Assembly: GCA_951406725.2 (NCBI GenBank)
Contig: OX597814.1
Span: forward strand, 91,264,001 to 91,328,000
DNA: 64,000 nt
Source: Octopus vulgaris
Taxonomy: Eukaryota
Reading direction: 5' to 3'
In this document: piece after piece, positions 15,528 through 29,817 of the stretch
How positions within the stretch are numbered: the stretch's first letter is position 1
Layout: every line of letters begins with the position of its first letter
Notes under the pieces: generated by a model
The model's input: the letters and a program-made list of their open reading frames with translations, nothing else
Told to the model about the DNA's origin: nothing
Databases searched by the model: none
Made by a program: the position numbers and the translations under genes

Positions 15528-15792
15528 GGGCAAGATTATTTATGGAAGGCTAGCAGTCCCCCATGCATGACAGCATCCCCTCTCCACACCACTGATGTTA
15601 TCCCAGGGAAATGCAAAGGCCGATAGAACTTGGCACCAGTGATGTCGCAACTCATTTCTACAGCTGAGTTAACTGGAGCAACGTGAAATAAAGTGTCTTG
15701 CTCAGGAACACAACACACAGCTCGGTCCGGGAATCGAACTATACCTCACGATCTAAGCTCTACGCTCTAACCACTGAGCCATGCGCCTTCAC
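15528..15792 (-). mobile_element. tRNA-derived SINE family C
   Basis: Minus head GGCGCATGGCTCAGTGGTTAGAGCG...GTTCGATTCCCGGACC, followed by GTTGTGTTCCTGAGCAAGACACTTT. Confidence 0.8.
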
Positions 15793-16167
15793 ATAGGGAG
15801 TGTTGAAAGGTAAAATACCTAGAGGATCACTTAATTATGATTTTTTTCAACATATTTCACTTTAGAACTCCAAACGCTTATTGTGAATATGTGCGTGTTT
15901 GGGCGTGTATGTATGCATGTATGTAGATATAAGTGTGCGTGTTTGTATGTGTGTATGTGTCGGTGCGTAGGCGTTTCTATATGTATATGTATGCATAATG
16001 GAAACATAGGCAAATACAAGTCTTAAATGAAAATGCAACCGTATTCCTAGGCAATCGATTTCGAGAGTTAATCTGAGATGGAAAACAATATTCAGTGAAA
16101 CCAATTGCTTTCCTAAGCAATGTTGAAATTATTACGATAACCGAATATACAGATGCATACCTATGTA

Positions 16168-16248
<81 letters not shown>

Positions 16249-16277
16249 ATCTAGCTATCTAATAACCTCAATTTCTC

Positions 16278-16324
<47 letters not shown>

Positions 16325-16336
16325 CACATATATTAT

Positions 16337-16377
<41 letters not shown>

Positions 16378-16481
16378 CATATACATATATATACATATTG
16401 TATACATATACATATATATATACATACATATTGTTATACATATACGTATATGTACATATATTTATATACATACATACATAC

Positions 16482-16530
<49 letters not shown>

Positions 16531-16591
16531 GTTATATGTGTATGTCTGTATATATACAGTATATGCGTATGTGCGTCTGTATGTGGGTGTG

Positions 16592-16640
<49 letters not shown>

Positions 16641-16848
16641 CATTATTTATCTGAAATATTTCAATGTTCCAACGCTCATGTTATTGAAGCGATAGCAAAC
16701 ATGTAAGCCACTGTGGAATAAAAATATCAGGCTTTTAATATTTACTATTAAATATACATCAGCAAGAGACAACATATTGCAGAAAAATTCATTTACATGA
16801 ACATACCTGGAGGAATAGGAGCGAAAGAGTAAAAGCTATATGCGTGTC

Positions 16849-16956
<108 letters not shown>

Positions 16957-17389
16957 CATATATATATATAATTCTGCTACTCCAACCACCACTACGCAGT
17001 TCCTGCAATAAAATCTACGAATAATAACAGATAATTGAAACTGTGCCGTTGCCTTGCTCATCATCTGTTTATACGTTTTGTACAATTTCTCCATTATATA
17101 TATATATATATATATATCTTTGTGTGCATGCGTGTGTTATGTGTGCGATTAATTATATCTGCCGCATACAGGTATTCTAATGAATATACGTTCACAAGTA
17201 CATGGACTTGCAAATGCGCATTCAAGAAAATGCCAACATACATAGATACATGCAAACTCATTTACGGATGTATGTGTTTTTGTGTCTGTATGTGTGTGTG
17301 TGTGTGTGTGTCTGCGTGTGTTTATCTGTGTATGTCTGTGTTGTGTTATGAATGTGTGTAATATAGATATAGAAATAAAAATAGTTACA

Positions 17390-17514
<125 letters not shown>

Positions 17515-18239
17515 TTACTTGTTAATATATACGTGTTTCTATATGACTGCGTATGTAAAATGTTTACAATATACGAAGGGAAAATCCATAAATAGATTTA
17601 CCTGAACTCGTGACAGAATTCTCGGTCAGCTGCGTTAGACTTAAATGGAAGAGAATTTATAGAAAGGGAATTGAATAAACGATAGTAAGGCTTTAAACTG
17701 AATCTAACTTATCTGCTTTCTCTCATTGCTTATTAGCTTTATCAACAAAGTGTGCATCTTATATTATTGAAGTAAGTGAAATTGCATGCCTATACGCGCA
17801 CTCGCACAAACACAAACATACATATAACAAAATTCATGCATCAGTCCAAAATAGATGTCATCTCCGCAATTTTTCTATGAATCCACAAGACTCTGTTTTC
17901 CCTAGCAATCAGCTGAAGCTCATTTCAAACGAGTTGACTTGAGCTACGTGAAATATAATACCTCAGTCATAGATGGTACAATAAGTTTAGCATGCATACT
18001 ATATTATTCTAGGTTGTTCTATGACGGTCCAAGAGTCTGTTCCACTGCATATCTAAATGTAATACGACGTAAGTTGTCACTTGAATTTACGAAACATGTG
18101 ATAAGTATTTTACTCCTATCCTTATTCTTCACGACTATTTCACCGTTCCATTTACAAAACATGTAATTTTCGTTCACATGCCACCAACTATTGAAAAGAA
18201 GAAACTTGTCACAGCCTATATAAAACCAAAAAGAAATAC

Positions 18240-18332
18240 AGCATAGCAAAATCGAATGGCAAGCATAGCAAAATCGGATGGCAAGCATAGCAAAATCGGA
18301 AGGCAAAACATGGCAAAATCGGATGGCAAGCA
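18240..18332. repeat. minisatellite, ~22-bp unit x4
   Basis: AGCATAGCAAAATCGGATGGCA repeated in tandem with few substitutions. Confidence 0.85.
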
Positions 18333-18552
18333 ATGATCCGCAAAAAGTACGCTAAAGTAAGAAATTTCAATGTGAATTAAAGAATCCCAAAAGTTTAAAA
18401 GTAAAATGTCCGTTGGCAGTTGATTAAAAAATATATACTGAGAAAAGGAGCTAATATTTTCTCATTCGGATAATAATTCCATTCGTTTTGTTGAACGCTA
18501 TACAAAAAAGATATGCTGGTTCAAAACAAATAAAGTTTCAAGAAACTTTAAG

Positions 18553-18665
18553 AATTGGTGCAAAGTATTTTGCTCAAAAACACAACGCACCACCCGGTCT
18601 TGGAATTGAAATCATATCACACCATCGTGAGTTCCACTCTCTAAGCACGCGGCCATGCGCTCTCA
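18553..18665 (-). mobile_element. SINE family C head, degenerate
   Basis: TTGCTCAAAAACACAAC...CCCGGTCTTGGAATTGAA...GCCATGCGC, similar to 15690-15790. Confidence 0.6.
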
Positions 18666-18668
18666 TAA

Positions 18669-18770
<102 letters not shown>

Positions 18771-18872
18771 ATTACTGTATATGCTATTAATATATATGCT
18801 TGAAAAACAATTCCTGACCAGTGATATTAACTGACTTCAAAGATTATTTGCCTCTGCAATTGACAGATCCTT

Positions 18873-18913
<41 letters not shown>

Positions 18914-19040
18914 ACATGTGTACGCACATGCATATTCATATACTATTATACATATATATATATATAGATAGATAGATAGATAGATAGATTTGTGTGTGTG
19001 TATAATACATACAAACACATGTATATATTGTATAAGCGCA

Positions 19041-19272
19041 TATTATATTGTATTGTATTATATTATATTATATTATATTATATTATATTATATTATATTA
19101 TATTATATTATATTATGTTATATTATATTATATTATATTATATTATATTATATTATATTATATTATGTTATATTATATTATATTATATTATATTATATTA
19201 TATTATATTATATTATATTATATTATGCTATATTATTTTATGTTATATTATATTATATTATATCATATTATA
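19041..19272. repeat. (ATATT)n pentanucleotide microsatellite
   Basis: About 45 tandem ATATT units. Confidence 0.95.
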
Positions 19273-19501
19273 TATATACAAGCGCGACCTTTATACATCC
19301 ACGCTTATGCGCCAAGAAATATTTGCTTTAGGACTATAGTTACATATAGATATGTACGAATAGACGCACAGACAGGCAGTCAGACACACACACGCGCGCG
19401 CACACACTCGCAGGCGCGCAGCACACATATACAGACACATGCATCCACTTATAAATACCTATATATACATATATATATATACATACACACCTATACACAT
19501 G

Positions 19502-19532
<31 letters not shown>

Positions 19533-19586
19533 GAGCATGTTATGCACCTCCCTCTCCTATATCTTACTCTCTTTCTCTCCTTTTCT

Positions 19587-19624
<38 letters not shown>

Positions 19625-20536
19625 CATTGGTAATCAACAGATAAACGTTTGAAGCAATTAATTTTATTTCATCTGTCGGCATTTCTTTGTCTGTGTATGC
19701 GCGTGTTAGTATATCTATATGATATATTCACATACAAGTCTATCTATCAGTCGTACACAATAGCACATCACGCATGTGATTATATATAAAGCCACTCAAA
19801 CACACACATTCATATATACGTACATACGAAATAATATACTTCTATATTTACGAGTTTTATTTTTGTTCGTATATCCATATTTAGATTAACAATCATTAGT
19901 TTTCGTGTTTCTCCCTCTATGCCAGCACAACATATCAACTAGTTTTTAGAATATCGTTTTTCCAATAATTCTAAAAGTATTATACTTATAATTAGCATAT
20001 TTTTTTAAGGTACTAATTTCTTAAATTGTTGTTTTCAAAAGTCAGACTCATTTGAATCTTTTTTAAAAAGTCATAATTATAAACGTAAGTTTATCATAAT
20101 AGGCTTAAATTTATCTTCTAATTTTCAAAACACCGTGAACAAGTAAATAACATACATGTAAATAGCGTTATATATACAGAATTATATATAAATGAACAGA
20201 ATAGGAGAGAAACATCTACAATAAATCTAATATAGAAAAATCAGTAGATATAGGGAGTCATATGTAGGTAAATTTTTATACAGATCATAATACAAGCATA
20301 CTAATAGAAAAGAAGATTCGCTGAGATAACGTTGCATCCATGTCTGCATCTATGTATACATACAGGTAAGTATTAAGTATGTATGTATACATGCATGCAT
20401 GCATGAGGCTATGTATATATTATGTATATTACGTATATCAATCATTAAGTTGTCAATGTAATCACCTATACATATAGACACACGCGTATATATATGTTTG
20501 CTGTTATGCGTAAGGGATACATTGCACATACACACA

Positions 20537-21865
20537 TGTACACACATACATACGTTCATGATGGCTGCCCCTCGTTATCGAGTATGGCCATTGCACGAAG
20601 CTTAACTGTTATTGGTGCTGTGATCGAATGTGACTTTTTAGCCCAGCGAAGATCTACAATGCCTTGTACAGAATTGGCAGCTAAAACCTTTACCGGCAAT
20701 AGCCGGCTGTAGTTGTAACTGGGTTTCATGTACCTTTGCATGTCGTTTAAGTCCTCCTGCCGAATTACACGCTCTTCCACATGCCTGACAGATATGATTA
20801 GTATGGTGTGTAACACCAACGCCAGTGGCCAGGTTGTCACTCATCTGTCTCGCTTTATGACTACGAAGATGAGTCTTGAGTCCAGCTTTACTGGGGCAGG
20901 GTCTTGCACAGAAACTGCATGTCAACATCATAGGAAGACACTTCCTATCTCGAAGTGTAACAGCGATGCCCTTCCTGACATCCCTCCTCAGTTTCTCATG
21001 CGCAACTCGAGATTTCTCAAAAGTAGCTGTCCCTTCGTGCACAATCCTTCTCCACCTGCTACGATCATTAGCTATGCCCTCCCATGTGTCAGAAGAGATT
21101 CAAGCATCTCTTAAGGAAGCCTTCAGCAAGTCCTTATACCTCTTTTTTGGTTTATGTGGGGATCGTTTTCCTTTAGCTAACACTCCATAAAAGAGCTGTT
21201 TTGGCATCCTTGAATCCTTCATCCTGACCAGTTGACCACTCCATCTGAGCCTTTGCTTTAACACAAGAGCTTCTATACTTTCGCACCAAGAGCCTTCCAA
21301 TATTTCAAGATCACTGATGCGGTCTTCCCACTTAATGCCGTAGATCCGTCTGAGACACATCTGATGGAAACGTTCCAGTTGTTTAAGGTGGTACCGATAT
21401 ATGACCAACGTCTCGCAGGCATAGAGAAGTGAGTGGAACACACATGCCTTGTACACTTTTATCTTTCTCTTTCTGCACATGTCTCGCCGACTCCAGAGGC
21501 GCCTTTCTAGCCTTCCGAAAGCATCACTTGCTTTGCTAATTCTGTATGGAATTTCATCAACCAAATTATCCATTAACAGTGCTTCCCAGGTAGACAAACT
21601 GATCAACTACATCAAGTCGTTTACCATACACATAGATATTCGGTACGCTATACTGCTTATGAGGAGCAGGTTGGTACATGACAACAATTTTCTTGAGACT
21701 GACTGTCAATCTTAAGGCAGTGCAAGCATCAGAGAATGCATTCAAAATGTTTTGCATATCAAACTCTGTGATCGCTACTAGATCACAATCATCTGCATAG
21801 AAAAGGTCTCTTATGAAAGAGGTAAAAACCTTTGTTTTTGCATCAAAGCGCCTGATATTAAATAT
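20537..21865 (-). mobile_element. RTE-clade LINE 3' portion (RT C-terminus + three C2H2 zinc fingers)
   Basis: FNIRRF..RDLFYADDC, FVYLGS, RISKASDAFGRL, SLLYACET, RLRWSGQLVRM..RMPKQLFYGVL, then CSFC..LKTHLRSH, CQAC..LKRHAKVH and CQFC..; frameshifted. Confidence 0.92.
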
Positions 21866-21990
21866 CCAATAAATGTGTAATTATATATTTACTGTATATC
21901 TGCCTTTTTCTCACTAATTTTTATATATTGTATATTTTTATAGCTTGCTCATTATATAGGCTTTTATATACATACGTTCATACATACATA

Positions 21991-22048
<58 letters not shown>

Positions 22049-22069
22049 TATACATGCATATATACAGAC

Positions 22070-22101
<32 letters not shown>

Positions 22102-22104
22102 ATG

Positions 22105-22184
<80 letters not shown>

Positions 22185-22235
22185 TTGATATAGATATATA
22201 TGATTGCGAAATGATATCAACTTTTAACAGCATGT

Positions 22236-22870
22236 CTAAAAACAGTTCAAACTTTTATGTTTAATGTTTGATATGTTTATCTTTTCAGGTATAGAAATGG
22301 CATTCACTGGAAGATAAAAAGCGTTTTGTGTGTTCGTGTATGCTTGAACACGGTTGAACAAATCTGTGCAGCGTGCATTTCTGTGGGATGTCTCTAAAAA
22401 GTTACCAACGGCAATGCAGATTTGGACAAGGCACAAAACAAAAACGTCTAAGAGGAAAGCTGTGTATGCAGGGGAAAAGGATCTGGACGTCCACTAACAT
22501 CAGAAGAGAAGGTCGATCGGGTTCGCCAAAATCTCTTGCGAAACCCCCAAAAAGTCCATTAGAAGAACAAGTCTGAAAACCCAGATGCCTCCAACGCGTC
22601 GTTTTGCGTGTCGTGAGGAAACTCTTGCTAATGAAACCCTACAAGATGCAGCTCGTCCAGACCATAACGGCGGATGACAAACGAAAGCACACCCAATTCT
22701 GTGTTGATAAGCGATAGAAACGTGAAGAATCCGAGTTCAAGGAACGTCTTGTTTTCAGTGATGTGGCAAAGTTTCATACGAATGGCAATGAGATCAATAA
22801 GCATAATGTTCGCATTTGCGACGAAGAAAATCACCAAGCCACATTTGAGCATGCAGGCGGTTCGCATATT
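22236..22870 (+). mobile_element. Tc1/maT-like (DUF4817-type HTH) transposase 5' remnant
   Basis: ATG at 22297 gives [52 protein letters not shown]. Confidence 0.8.
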
Positions 22871-22957
22871 GAACAATTGCGAAACCGTTCATGGAATACA
22901 CATATCGACGTTTCTATATACACATATATATACATACATATATATGTATATGTATAT

Positions 22958-23052
<95 letters not shown>

Positions 23053-23648
23053 CATATATATATATATAATATATATATATATTATTTTATTTTATTTATT
23101 AGGGAATAAAAATTCCGGCATCAGAGGGGCTCAAATAAAAGGAATTATTCTCAATAAGGAAATATATTTTATTTAGAGATAGCAGTCCCCATCATCACAC
23201 CATATAAAAGAATTTTATTTTAATACTTACTACTCATTGGACCTAATATTTTAGGTTGTGCAATCGCCGTCGACGCGACTACCCGATGTCCGGTCTTTTT
23301 TCAATCGATTCATAGTGAATCTTCCCCTTTATAGCGACATAAACCCAACACAAACCGAGCAGGATATCCTGTGTAATGATGCATCGTAGTCTCGGGATGC
23401 AGAGGCACCGTGATCTCAAACGCAAGTAAAAGATCCTCAATATGTTTAATTCCATTACCTGGATACCTGGTTTTATACGACTGTGACTTTTCCTAGAGTC
23501 ATGTTCAAAGAAAAGTTCTTCCAACACTACGAACGCCAACATGAAACTTCCGAGGGCACGTACTATAGCTATATATATCTATACATATGTAAATATAAGT
23601 ACTTAAATATGTATATAATACACAGACACATACACACACAAACACCCC

Positions 23649-23689
<41 letters not shown>

Positions 23690-23786
23690 GTTTTAAAATA
23701 GGATAAAATCTTTATAAGATCTTATCAAGTAGTCAGCGTGAAAAAACCTCAAAAAGTGAAATATAATTATTCCCTTTAAATACATT

Positions 23787-23937
23787 TATTTATATTAAGA
23801 GCATTAATACACATAATGCCGCCTGCTATGGGGGACTCTTAAAGTCAAAACAATATTTATTTATTATGGCAGTTTTGACTATAAGAATCTCTCATAACGT
23901 GAGGCATTCACATGTAATAGTGCCCTAAATATAAATA
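23787..23937. repeat. imperfect ~150-bp palindrome between (TA)n tracts
   Basis: 23787-23851 is approximately the reverse complement of 23872-23937. Confidence 0.75.
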
Positions 23938-23941
23938 TATG

Positions 23942-24057
<116 letters not shown>

Positions 24058-24243
24058 TGTGAAATGATAGGAAATTATTGTCAGAAAACTTCTTCAGAAA
24101 GATATATACATGTATAGAATAATTATTGTATTAAAAATATAAATATATATATAAATATATGCAAATATGTATAAGTATAAATAAATAATAATAATAAATA
24201 TGACAGTTTAAAATCTAATTGTTTAAAATGAAGTTTTTAAAGC

Positions 24244-24333
24244 ATCTTACGATCGTCTCGCAAAGGTATTTTCTCTATAATGGAATCCTATATTGCTAAA
24301 CCTTTATAGACAATACTTCTGCTCCTCAGAGAT
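24244..24333 (-). ncRNA. minimal type I hammerhead ribozyme (PLE-type), one core mutation
   Basis: Minus: ATCT-CTGAGGA-GCAGAAGTATT..AATACCTTTGC-GAGA(for GAAA)-CGATCG-TA-AGAT, with long stem II and palindromic stem III. Confidence 0.7.
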
Positions 24334-24520
24334 ATAAAATGTGAAGTTTGTATAATTCATCGAGCGGTAGTTTCTTTTTTTTTTAAATATGAATTAATAT
24401 GGGAAAATGGTGTTTGTATGAAATATATAAAAAAGTTACTGCTTTTGATTTTGTTAAGAACACCTTAGTTTGAGTTTCTTGAAATCCGTTTATGCCGCCT
24501 TGGTAAGTCTTCAGCAGTAA

Positions 24521-24558
<38 letters not shown>

Positions 24559-24565
24559 ACTCTCT

Positions 24566-24627
<62 letters not shown>

Positions 24628-24672
24628 TACACACACACACATATATATATATATACATACATATATATATAT

Positions 24673-24756
<84 letters not shown>

Positions 24757-24878
24757 GCATACATACGTTCAATAAACTTTCATGCATTCTATTTACGGAC
24801 TGGTAAAATAGTTGGCATTTCGAGCCAAATGTTTGGCGGTATTTTATCAGTTTTAAGTCGAAGTTGTTCAAATGGTGG

Positions 24879-24948
24879 TAAAGTCGACTTTGATCATTCG
24901 GGGGTAAAATAAGTTCTAGTCGAGTACTGGAGTCAAAGTAATCGACTT
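24879..24948 (+). mobile_element. SINE family B fragment
   Basis: AAGTCGACTTTG..TTCGGGG..AAATAAGT..CTGGAGTC..AATCGACTT, homologous to 57060-57140 on minus. Confidence 0.55.
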
Positions 24949-25036
24949 GTAAAAATATTTGACATCATTATACATATATACATGTATCTGTCTGTCTAGT
25001 TGCCAGTCTGTCTGGCTATGTATGTATGTATGTATG

Positions 25037-25158
<122 letters not shown>

Positions 25159-26216
25159 CGTTTGTCTCTCTATCTACCCAATGCATTCTCAAACGGCTCA
25201 ACCAATCAAATCAAATGTAATTTTCTTGTCATTTGGATTAAAACAATGCGACATTGCCACTGGGTCCATATTACGGGTCAAAAGTCAAAGAAGATCTATA
25301 TTGTAAAAATGGTATATTGTTTCACTTTAATATTTTTACTATTAATTGAAACCACTACCACCTTCAGGGCTAGACGTCACATTGTGTATATTACTGTGTA
25401 TCTGTCTGTGAATGTATGTGTGTTAGTGTATGAATGAATATATTTCTCACAGTGCGTTTGTCTTTCCGAGTTAGGTATGTTGTTAAACATACTATATGTA
25501 TGTGAGGTCTGGTCTGTGTAAATACGACATTTTATTTTCATTTCGATTATTTTCATTTTATATTAACATTTATTAACATTTTATAGAGATGTTCTTATCG
25601 GTTTGGCTACCTGCATTTCAAAAATTAAACTTTTCAATAAATTTTAAATGTCGTACAACAATACATTTGCCCAAACTGAAGTGCTGGAGTTATTTTAAAT
25701 TTTTCCAGAAAATTGCTTTTAGAAAGCTATAAGGGTTTAAAGTTTGATCATTTTCCCCCAGTCAGGAAACAGGATTTGGAAGCTGTAATTTCGTGCGTGA
25801 CTTGTCAAAGTCCAGAAAATAGCACGTGTTGTCAATATTTGTAAACAACACGTGTTATGTCTCCATAATTTTCTTCCATGTAGATAATGTTTATATTAAT
25901 TTAAAACAGTTATACAAAAAATCTTATTTAGCTGTTATTTGTAGCACACTTCACAAAGACATAGATGTTCAATGAGAAAAAGAAACGAGTAAACAAACAT
26001 TTAAGCATTCAATATACACTTAATGCAACTGCGATGAACAAAATGCTACATGCCATGAACACATTTAAATTTAAATATGTTTAATTACAATTTAAATATG
26101 CTTAAAATACAAAAATTTAAGCATTGAATATGCATTAAATGTGAATGTGATAAACAGCACGTTACATGCGATCGCCAGCGCATGTTCCCATCACGTCTTT
26201 TCGTACACATACGAAA

Positions 26217-26731
26217 TCTATATATATAAAACTGTAGTTGTGTGAGTGTCTGTCCCCTTCGATTTAGATTCCTAACTACTCCCACATTTTGCGGTGCAGT
26301 TTAACCAAATTCGGGTATCTTATAGTCGTGATTCATATCGAGCCCGTCTGAGTATTAGCACGCGTCTACGATGAGCCTACGATTTTAAAAATAATTTAAC
26401 ATAATTTTTTATTCCATTTTAATGCATAATTTTTCGTGTGTCGATGGCGGCAGAGTTGGCGTCCATGGTCACACCTGCACCTGTTTGCTTCTCCCCCCCT
26501 TCTTCCCTCACTCGTGAAGCCGTGGGGAAGGGAGTGTAAGGAAATCAATGTCGTAAAGCGTTGTCAAGGAGACCAGCGTTCTTTTAGAACAACGACTTCA
26601 TGGCTTGAAGACACCGAAACAGAAATGGCTAAGAAAGCCCGAATTGGCATCTATAAGGGAAGTAACTCTCTAAAAATGCTTATATAGTTATTTCCCTTAC
26701 AAACCCGAGCAACGCCGGGCGATACTGCTAG
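26217..26731 (+). mobile_element. non-autonomous Helitron, copy 2
   Basis: A|TC...hairpin CCCGAGCAACGCCGGG..CTAG|T; ends nearly identical to 15105-15502. Confidence 0.85.
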
Positions 26732-27559
26732 TTAGGTATAAAATTCTTTTCTTGAAGGTAAGATACAGTATTCTCCTCTGTTTTCGATGTTTCCATAATA
26801 AAAGCGATTTTACCGAAGCTTGCTCTCGTAATCACACAGAACACAGCGTCAAATTTGTCACTACGTACTTCCTCGCAGATAAAAGACTTTTCAAAGACTG
26901 CTTTCAGCACGTGCTTCTTCGAAGATAAAAGACATTTCAAAAACTGTTACTATAGCAAAAGGCACACAGACAAAATGTTCTCATGTTCCGTTCCTAACTA
27001 TCGAAACCGGTATGTGTCTGTGTCATATGCTTGGCTAAAATTATCAAACTTTCAACACTTAATAACTAATGATTTATTGATTTATAGCGAAAAATACTTC
27101 CACGTCATTATTTAGCCTATAAAGGTGTATCATTACATTGAATATGAAAACAATTCGAAGAGAATTGAGGCTGGCAACTAACCCGACATGATCCCATTGA
27201 GATAATCTTTTTATTGTCAACAGGACATTTTATACCACGTAGACAACGACATCACATTTTGTATATGGCTATTATCTGTCTGTGAGTGTATGTGTGTAAG
27301 TGTATGAGTGTGCATATAGCCCATAGTGTGTGCGTCTTTCAACGTTATAAAACACACAGATCTACACATACATATACGTATGTGACGACTGGCGACTTTG
27401 CGTAAGTATATGAGTGTGTGCTTCCGCGTTACGTACGATATTAAACATACACACATACGTACAGGTGCATATAGATATGTGACGACAGTCATGCCTGAAT
27501 ATATGCACGCCAGTGCTAAAGGTGAAACTCTTAGAAACAAAATGAGGTGGCAAATTCCA

Positions 27560-27674
<115 letters not shown>

Positions 27675-27803
27675 CACATTTACTGTTCCATTACCTGTTA
27701 ATAATTCTCGCAGCAGTTGCATGGTTGCAAGGTATTTAAAATTACATATGTACCTTTACATTAAGAATGTTATGCTATATATATATATATATATACCATG
27801 CGG

Positions 27804-27854
<51 letters not shown>

Positions 27855-28337
27855 ATGCGGTAAGACATTATGCCTTATTTTTCCAAGTAATTCCTTGCTA
27901 CATATACTCATGTAACTTCACAGTGTCACTTTATGTTTCTTATTCTACAGCCACACCAGCAATCCAATGTCAACCTTTCGCCTTCTGCTACATTCCATCA
28001 GTTCACTTCTCCTGTTGCCGTCTCCCATTGCAGCCCTTTTCAGGAATGTACCCATTTACACCTCCATTCATTTGACTGTCGACATACGATGGTTCGTGTT
28101 AAATGCAGCGTTGACCGCCTCAAAGGCTGGTATATCCACTGTCCGTTTTTCAGTGGGTTCAAAAATTACATTCCCATCACTGCCAATACTTCCTGATAGA
28201 TTAGTACATGGAATCCTCCAGACGAGCATATTACATGTTGCTTAGTCGAATTAGACCATCATTTACTCCACAAATGTTTAATCGTCGATGTTGCACTTCC
28301 CCGTGTCATCAGTTTCAACATCACTGTAATATGTGTA

Positions 28338-28372
<35 letters not shown>

Positions 28373-28374
<2 letters not shown>

Positions 28375-28759
28375 TAGGAGCACTCCGTCGGTTGCGACGA
28401 TGAGGGTCCCAGCTGATACGATCAACGGAACAGCCTGCTCGTGAAATTAACGTGTAAGTGGCTGAGCACTCCACAAACACGTGTACCCTTAACATAGTTC
28501 TCAGGAAGATTCAGCGTGACACACAGAATGTGACAAGGCTGGCCCTTTGAAATACAAGTACAAGAGAAACAGGAAGAAAGAGCAAGAGAAAGTTGTGGTG
28601 AAAGAGTACAGCAGGGTTCACCACCACCCCCTGCCGGAGCCTCGTGGAGCTTTAGGTGTGTTCGCTCAATAAACACTCACAATGCCCGGTCTGGGAATCG
28701 AAACCGCGATCCTCCGACCGCGAGTCCGCTGCCCTAACCACTGGGCAATTGCGCCTCCA
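28373..28759 (-). mobile_element. tRNA-derived SINE family D, inserted in (TGTA)n
   Basis: Head GGAGGCGCAATTGCCCAGTGGTTAGGGCAGCGGACTCGCGGTC..GGTTTCGATTCCCAGACC; (TGTA)n on both flanks. Confidence 0.8.
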
Positions 28760-28914
28760 TGTATGTATGTATGTATGTATGTATGTATGTATGTATGTAT
28801 GTATGTATGTATGTATGTATGTATGTATGTACATATATATACATGTGTATATATTTAGAGAGAGAGAGACAGACAGAAAAAGAGAGGGAGAAAGAGAGAG
28901 AGAGAGAGAGAGAG

Positions 28915-29772
28915 AGTATAATACGAAGACGAGGTAAAAGTCGAACAGACTGTGTTTAAGGTTGACGAGCGAGAACATTGAAAGAAGACTGACGTTTCCA
29001 AAACACGCTCTTCTAAATGAGAAGAAAGAAAAACAAAGATAAAAGAACAAGCATGCCTCAATTAGATGTTCACCACATACTGAAATGACTAGAAGACGAA
29101 ATGACAGGCTTAACGCGTATGTGCGAGGGCGACAACTGTGACCAGGCATATGCTTATATGTGAGCAAGCATATGTCTATGAAACTGAGGAATTCGTATAC
29201 ATGTTTGTGCATAGGCTCGCCCACGTGAGTGTTCAACTGTGCGTTTGTATACGAGGATATTCTGTGCCTGTATACTGTTTGCCTTAAGCGTGTGTGTGTA
29301 TATATATATATGTCTGTGAGAGACTCTACTTTCTCTTTATCTGTGTGCATGAGGCTATTATACATTTGTCTTTATGAGTTTATATTGTTCATATATGTTG
29401 CCTGTGCTTATTCGTGTGTCTCCATGTGTGCGAGTGAATACGTGCTTATTCGCGTGTGTCTCCATATGTGCAGTTAGTGTGCGTGTGTATATGATGACGG
29501 CGCTCAAATTAGGTGTGCGTAGAGTTTATATTCCGTGTGATTTTGCGTGTACATATGTATCTCTGGGCGTGTGTATGTGTGTATGTGGATATCTGACGTA
29601 TGTTAGTGTGCTGAGCGAATCTTAATTTTTATAGTGCACAGAGGTGCTACGTGTGATAGAGGTGACAAAATAGCTAGGCGTTGGGAAATGTGGAATAGAA
29701 GTGTATTTGCTGAGCTGTGCGTAATTGGAAGAAGGCGTGCATATGTGCTAGTGTGTGATGAGTAGGAAGAAG

Positions 29773-29817
<45 letters not shown>

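Noticed and set aside
18240-18332. CRISPR-like regular repeat
   Set aside because: No spacers, eukaryotic context; it is a simple minisatellite.
25820-25857. 13-bp inverted repeat containing two CACGTG
   Set aside because: Too short to support a regulatory or miRNA call.
26905-27015. GAAA-CCGG-TA hammerhead-like 3' half
   Set aside because: No convincing CUGANGA half upstream.
28690-28759. tRNA-like sequence
   Set aside because: It is the head of a SINE continuing into a SINE body; no proper acceptor stem.
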